From the human T2T-CHM13v2.0 reference genome, Homo sapiens: a stretch of DNA of 64,000 bases. Shown here one piece after another: positions 58,255 through 64,000 of this stretch. Within the stretch, counting starts at the first letter, position 1, and every line of letters begins with the position of its first letter. The stretch lies in NCBI RefSeq assembly GCF_009914755.1, contig NC_060925.1; one strand, given 5' to 3'. The position numbers were made by a program, and so were the translations under genes. The notes under the pieces are model-generated. The model made no database searches. It saw only the letters and a list, made by a program, of their open reading frames with translations, and was not told the DNA's origin.

Positions 58255-59100
58255 CTATACAGATTTTCACAGGTGGTAAGAAAGACAATATTACTTCTGA
58301 GATGATACACTTCCAAAGCAAAGTTGAATTCTCTCACAAAGGAAACAAATGATCTTAATTGTTCTATGTCTTGAAAAAAAAAGAGGAACACTTTTTAATG
58401 AAATCAGAAAGAATAGGAACTTTGGAAAAAATATGAATGCTCAAATAATTTTAGTCAAGATGAATTCAGTTCCAAGAAAAGATCCTAACTGCCTTGAAAG
58501 TGATTTATGAGGCATATCGGAAAGAGGAGGTTGATAGTCAGAACACATCAAAATGAAAATATCTGTATGATGTGTGTTCCTAATAACCCAGGTCTGTATT
58601 TAAATATAGCCAACAAATATCCAGTTGCAAATGTCCAGCCTTTACTGAGAAATTCCCTCAGTCTACAGTTGGCTAACCCTGCTCCCAGGTTACAGAATTC
58701 TGAGGTCACATTCCCAGCTCAGACACCCCATTTAGACAACTGACTTATTTTTCGCTTATCAGACTCTGGCTCTCTACTCTGTGCTCCAGTTTTGTGATTC
58801 TACTCCTTTGCCTGAATTCAGGGTTACAGCAGCCTCAGGTAAGAGATTGCTTCCTGTAACTCCTGTCCTAGACCCCAGAGACTCTAGAACTCTCACACAA
58901 GTAAGGAATATTGTGGACAACAGAGTAACAATTCATGAACCAAAATACTGAGAAATAAGCAAGAAAGAAAAAATGCATGTGATAACACTGTTATTTTTTA
59001 AATACCAAATAAATGCTTTTAGTACAATCTATTGTAAAGCACTTCGCAATCTATAAAATAAATTTATATCCATGTCTTCACTGATCTCACACTACCCTTG

Positions 59101-59650
59101 TGTGATGGTTAATACTGAGCATCAACTTGATTAGATAGAAGGATGCAAAGTATTGTTCCTGGGTGTGTCTGTAAGGGTGTTGCCAAAGGAGATTAACATT
59201 TGAGTCAGTGGACTGGGAGAGGCTGACTCACTCTCAATCTGGGTAGGCATCATCTAATCAGCTGCCAGTACAGCTAGGATAAAAGCAGGCAGAGGAACAT
59301 GGAAGGACTTGACTTGCTGAGTCTTAGGGCCTTCATCTTTCTTCCATGCTGGATGCTTCTTGCCCTCACACATCAGACTCTGAGTTCTTCAGCTTTTGGA
59401 CTCTTGAAATTACACCAGTGGTTTGCCAGAGGCTCTCGGGCCTTAGGCCATAGACTGAAGGCTACACTGTCAGCTTCCCTAATTTTAAGGTTTTGGGACA
59501 CAGATTGGCTTCCTTGCTCCTCAGCTGGCAGACAGCCTATTGTGGGACTTCACTTTGTGATCGTGTGAGTCAATACTCCTTAATAAACTCCCTTTCATAT
59601 ATACATCTGTCCTATTAGTCCTGTCCCTCTAGAGAACACTGACTAATACA
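59101..59650 (+). mobile_element. MLT2A2 (HERV-L) solo LTR inside a MIR
   Basis: 550 bp TGTGATGGTTAATACTGAG...GACTAATACA; perfect TSD ccttg. Confidence 0.92.
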
Positions 59651-61640
59651 CCTTGTGAGGAGGTGAGAGCAGAGATGAAATCTCCTTATTGTCAATGAAG
59701 GAATTAAGGCTTACAGAAGTTAAACAATATACCCTAGTCACATAATGCCAGAGGCCTAAACCAAATCTTTTCATTCTAAATCCCTTCCTTTCTCTGTCTT
59801 TTTCTGTCTCCCCTCTCCTTCCTCTCCATCAAACCCCACTCTCTCTGGCTCTCTCTCTCTCTCTCTCTCTCATTTATCCTCCAAGCTGGCAAACTAATGA
59901 AATTGATACCAATACTTTTTGTTGCAACCCACATATGTAACTTCTTAACACTACCACACATCTTGAAGCAAAGTGAGCTAGTGCCTATTTTTTAACAATT
60001 ACACAATTCACATCTAATGAGGATTTGGGGGAAGAAATTAATCAGAAAGTGATACTTTTAGTGAGATCCTGATCAATACCATGCACTCAATCTAAAAGCA
60101 AGAGTCAGAGAAATGAGACACTTTTGGGGAGGGGAAGGAAGGCAGAAACAAGGAGTGAGGGATGGAAGTATATAATTTGTATTAAGCTAATAGGGGTGCA
60201 AACACAACCCAGAGACCTTAAAGAAGGCACAGCTGAAAAGTGAGGAAGAAAGGTGACAGAGCTACTTAGAGATTTCATGGTAAAGCAGAAGTCAGATAGG
60301 GCTTCATTTAAAATCTTACTCTGGCGCTGACTATCTTTGTCATCTTTCTTAAGTTAGTAAAATTGCGATTATTAATATTTCAATTTAATTGTTAAAAGAC
60401 ATTATTATCTATTTCAAAGGATTTATTTTTAAAAAAACAAGAAAATGGTAGAAAATCAATACGTGCTACTTTACTTCCTCTTAATGAACAAAAGTTTCCA
60501 TTTTCTTTGATATAATTTCAGCTTCTCTGCACAGGAGGATAGGAATATTATAAATTCCCTAACTGAAGATCATCCCAGTCTGATTTATTCAAGCTCATAT
60601 TGAAAAATATCTGGTCTGAGAGAGACAGAAGTATGGACAGGAAGAAGACATACAGAATCTTGAAGGCACTTTCTTCTTGAAACTAGGTAAGCAGTCCTAC
60701 AAAATTTTCTACAGATGGATGTGTGGGTCCCTGAAGTACTACAATGTAGGAAACTGGTCCAGAAATGCCTAGAACACTCTGCAGGCCTCTCTATACCTCT
60801 TGTTGAACCCAAATGTACTTGAACCTCTTAAGGATGTATAATATGGGCCACAGGCACAGATGCACCTGTGTCCCTCATAGGGAGGGCAAAGCTGGCAGAG
60901 CTCCAGGATATGGCCATGTTGTGCTCAGTCGGCTGCATTCCCGAGCACGACTAGAAACCCGTATGCAGAAATCTATTTTGAGTTTCTGCTCACACCTGAA
61001 GACAATATGCTCCTAACTTTCTTCCCATGATATTTCCCTTCTACAAGTTTTAAAAACCAACTACTGCTTAGCCCGGCATAGTTTTAAGTTCTGGAATCCC
61101 TCTAACCTAGGTGTTTGAGGGGAAATGTGCCAAATATGAGGTCAGCAGGGGTTGTGGAAGGGAGCATTTTAACAGCTCTATGAGATGAATAATATTATCA
61201 ACTAAATACAACAGCCACAACTTGAGCATAGCTAAGACTAGCCATGCTCTTTCCTCTGTATCAGTTGCTGCTATCAATTAGTCAGAAGGTGAAATAATTT
61301 GAAAACCACAAGAGGCCTATTAGAGCAGTGAACAAAGTTAATTCAGCTAGGTTCTAGCTCTCTTGATTTGCTGTCTTTCTTACAAGCTCCAAAAGTCTGA
61401 ACCAACCTCTTCCTTTTCCTGGATCCATTTGTCTATGTATAAAATGCAAATTTGACAAAGTCATCTGTAAAATCTCTGATACATTGGATATGCTAGGATC
61501 CCTCACACCTTATGATGATGATGACAACAATGACAGTAACGTCAATGATGGCATGATACTCACTGCACTTATCAAATGCTTACTATATGCCAGATGCTGT
61601 ACTAAGGGCTTTATAGTGAGTTACAAGCAAAGTAAGAAAG

Positions 61641-62227
61641 TGTATTAGTCAGGGTTCTCCAGAGGGCCACAACTAATAGGATATATGTATATATGCAAGG
61701 GAGTTTATTAAGGAGAATTAGCTCACACCATCGCAAGGTGAAGTCCCAAGAAAGGCTGTCTGCAAGGTGAGGAAGAAAGAAGCCAGCAGTGGTTCGGTCC
61801 AAGTCCAAAAGCCTCAGAAGTAGGGAAGTCAACAGTGCAGCCTTCAGTCTGTGGCTGAAAGCCTGAGAGACCCCAGCAAATCACTGGTGTAAATCCAAGA
61901 GTCCAAAGGCCAAATAACCTGGAGTCTGATGTCCAAGGGCAGGAGAAACAGAAGGAAACATCCAGCATGGGAGAAAAGATGAAAGCCAGAAGACTCAACA
62001 AGCCAGTTTTATCCCACCTTCTCCTGCCTACTTTGTTCTAGGCACACTGACAGCTGATTGGATGGTGCCTATCCACACTGAGGGTAGGTCTTCCTCTCCC
62101 AGTCCACTGACTCAAATGTTAATCTCTTCTGGCAACACCCTCATAGACACACCGGGAAACAATACTTTGCCAGTTATCTAGGCATCCTTCAATCCAATCA
62201 AGTTGAAACTTAATATTAAACATCACA
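61641..62227 (-). mobile_element. MLT2A2-like solo LTR inside L2
   Basis: TGTATTAGTCAGGGTTCTCCAGAGGG...CAATCCAATCAAGTTGA...CATCACA; perfect TSD gaaag. Confidence 0.9.
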
Positions 62228-62830
62228 GAAAGTTAAAGCATTTCAGACAGATGACACAGTATGTATAAAAAGCAGAAGTAAAAGAATAGCAAGGCTCTCA
62301 AGTAGTTGAAGTTCTATAAGAAATATATGGAATAAAAATAGTGAATCAAGGTCAGATAGTAATTCAATGTGACTAACACACAGAAAGGGGCAACCTCTTG
62401 AATATAAACTAAAGAATTAATCCTTTAATGTATATAAAATTAAGGTCATTGAAGAGTTTGAGCAGGACACTGACACAACCAAATTTGCTTTTAGAAAGAT
62501 CATTTGGGGGACTATATGGAAGGCAGACTAGAGGGGAACACATTGGAAATAGAGATGATGGAAGTCTGAATGAGGGCAGTGGCAGTAAGAACCTGTGAAA
62601 GTAAGTAGATTTAAGAAATATCAGAAATCCAATATATTATTATCATTAATTGTTACAATGGTAAATTATATTTGGAAAATACTAAGTACAAAGTTTTTCT
62701 AGACCAATCAATTTCTCTAATTTGTTCATTCACTCATGTATTCATTCAAAAATATTTATTAGGTTCCTATTTTATGCTAGTTTTATTTTTCTTTTCATAA
62801 AAAAAATCTGTAGAAAGAAAATAAAATGAA

Positions 62831-63217
62831 TGCTTCTTAGTCAGTTTGGGCTTCTATAACAAAGTACCATAGACTGGGTGGCTTATAAACACCAAAAATC
62901 TATTCTCACAGTTCTGGAGGCTGGAAGTTTGAGATCAGAGTGCCAGCAAGAGCATGTTCAGGTTCCAGTGAAGGTTCTTGTCCAGGCTGCAGACAACCAA
63001 CTTCTCCTTGGATCCTCACATAGCAGAAAGACAGCAAACTAGCTCTTTGGACTCTTCTTATAAGAACACTAATCCCATTAATGGGATTAGTGAGTCTCCA
63101 GCCTCATGACTTAATCACCTCCCAAAAGCCCTCCCTCATAATCCCATCACATTGAGGGTTAGATTTTAATATATGAATTCGGGGAGGAGGGAACAAACAA
63201 CCAGTCCCTGTATAACA
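62831..63217 (-). mobile_element. MLT1A0/MSTD-type MaLR LTR
   Basis: CTATAACAAAGTACCATAGACTGGGTGGCTTATAAAC...CACAGTTCTGGAGGCTGGAAG. Confidence 0.87.
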
Positions 63218-63409
63218 GCCTCTAACTATTCACACTCATACCCAAATATGCTAGAAGTTTCCCCAGCATCATGCTTTTATATCACATTCTCCACAAAACA
63301 AACAAAAACAAACAAACAAAAAACCAAATGTTCTTCCTGTACTCTCCACTGGCCAGAAAATATTTGGAAAAGTGGAGTTGAACTTCTTAAGAGTATCTAG
63401 GAATGAAAT

Positions 63410-63810
63410 TACATATCCAGATGGTATTAGTTTGTAGATAATAGTTGAAGTTTATATGAATTAAAGAGTATAAATGAGAAGAGTAGGGAGATTTTCTGAA
63501 GAGAGTACAACACTTAAGGGCCCTCAAAAGAAAAGGAGACTAAGAGGAAGAATGGGAGAGAGTAGATGTAGGTATAAAAGGGAAACCATGATGGAATATT
63601 ACCAGGCAAGATAAGAAGAAGAGGAGGAGGAGGATTTATTGACAATGTCAAATCCTGGCAGTCCTGTGGGATAAGGTTTTAAAAGATGTTCCCAGATTTG
63701 TGAAAGAAGCAATTCTAATAGAATGGTGGAACTTGATACCAGAATGCAGTAGATTGAAGACTGAATGGAAATTTCGGAAGTAAAAGCAACTCTCAATAAT
63801 TTTGGCCATG
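63410..63810 (-). mobile_element. L2 remnant
   Basis: Purine-rich L2 antisense (GATAATAGTTGAAG, CAATGTCAAAT, CCAGAATGCAGTAGATTGAAGA). Confidence 0.6.
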
Positions 63811-64000
63811 AGGTCACACAACCTGGTAGTGTCCTTTACTGTCTCATTGGGTGATTATGATTCAGTGAGGTTTAATAGGCAAAAAGGTAGCAGCACCCAG
63901 AATAGAGTTTAGCACTGAGTAAGTAATCAACACTTCATATTTGCATGCATTCAACATTTATTTAACAAATATTTATTATTTACCAAATTCCAGGTTCTGG

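Noticed and set aside
60916-60950. Small hairpin GTTGTGCTC...GAGCACGAC as an ncRNA
   Set aside because: Only a 9-bp stem; no tRNA, snoRNA, Y or vault features and no Pol III boxes

Overview
AT-rich, CpG-poor primate genomic DNA, almost certainly human because it carries an AluYa5 matching the consensus as I recall it. The window is intronic or intergenic and dominated by interspersed repeats. It has 10 near-full-length Alus plus a FLAM and a 3' Alu stub. L1s include a twin-primed (5'-inverted) L1PA3-type insertion, an internally collapsed L1PB, and long L1MA and L1MB remnants. There are many solo LTRs (seven MLT2/ERVL, plus MLT1, MSTB, THE1, MER50, MER89/110-like, LTR16, LTR33), DNA transposon fossils (MER1, MER3, MER6, MER58, MER81), dense MIR/L2 and several microsatellites. 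I see no host protein-coding exon, RNA gene, CpG island or CRISPR array. The only real coding homology is broken L1 ORF2. I cannot support a genuinely new biological system. The best leads are a possible MLT2-driven spliced non-coding unit at about 57.8-62.2 kb, a 39-bp perfect inverted repeat, a minisatellite built from an LTR terminus plus its TSD, and the collapsed L1PB. Subfamily names come from recalled consensus sequences and need RepeatMasker/Dfam confirmation.
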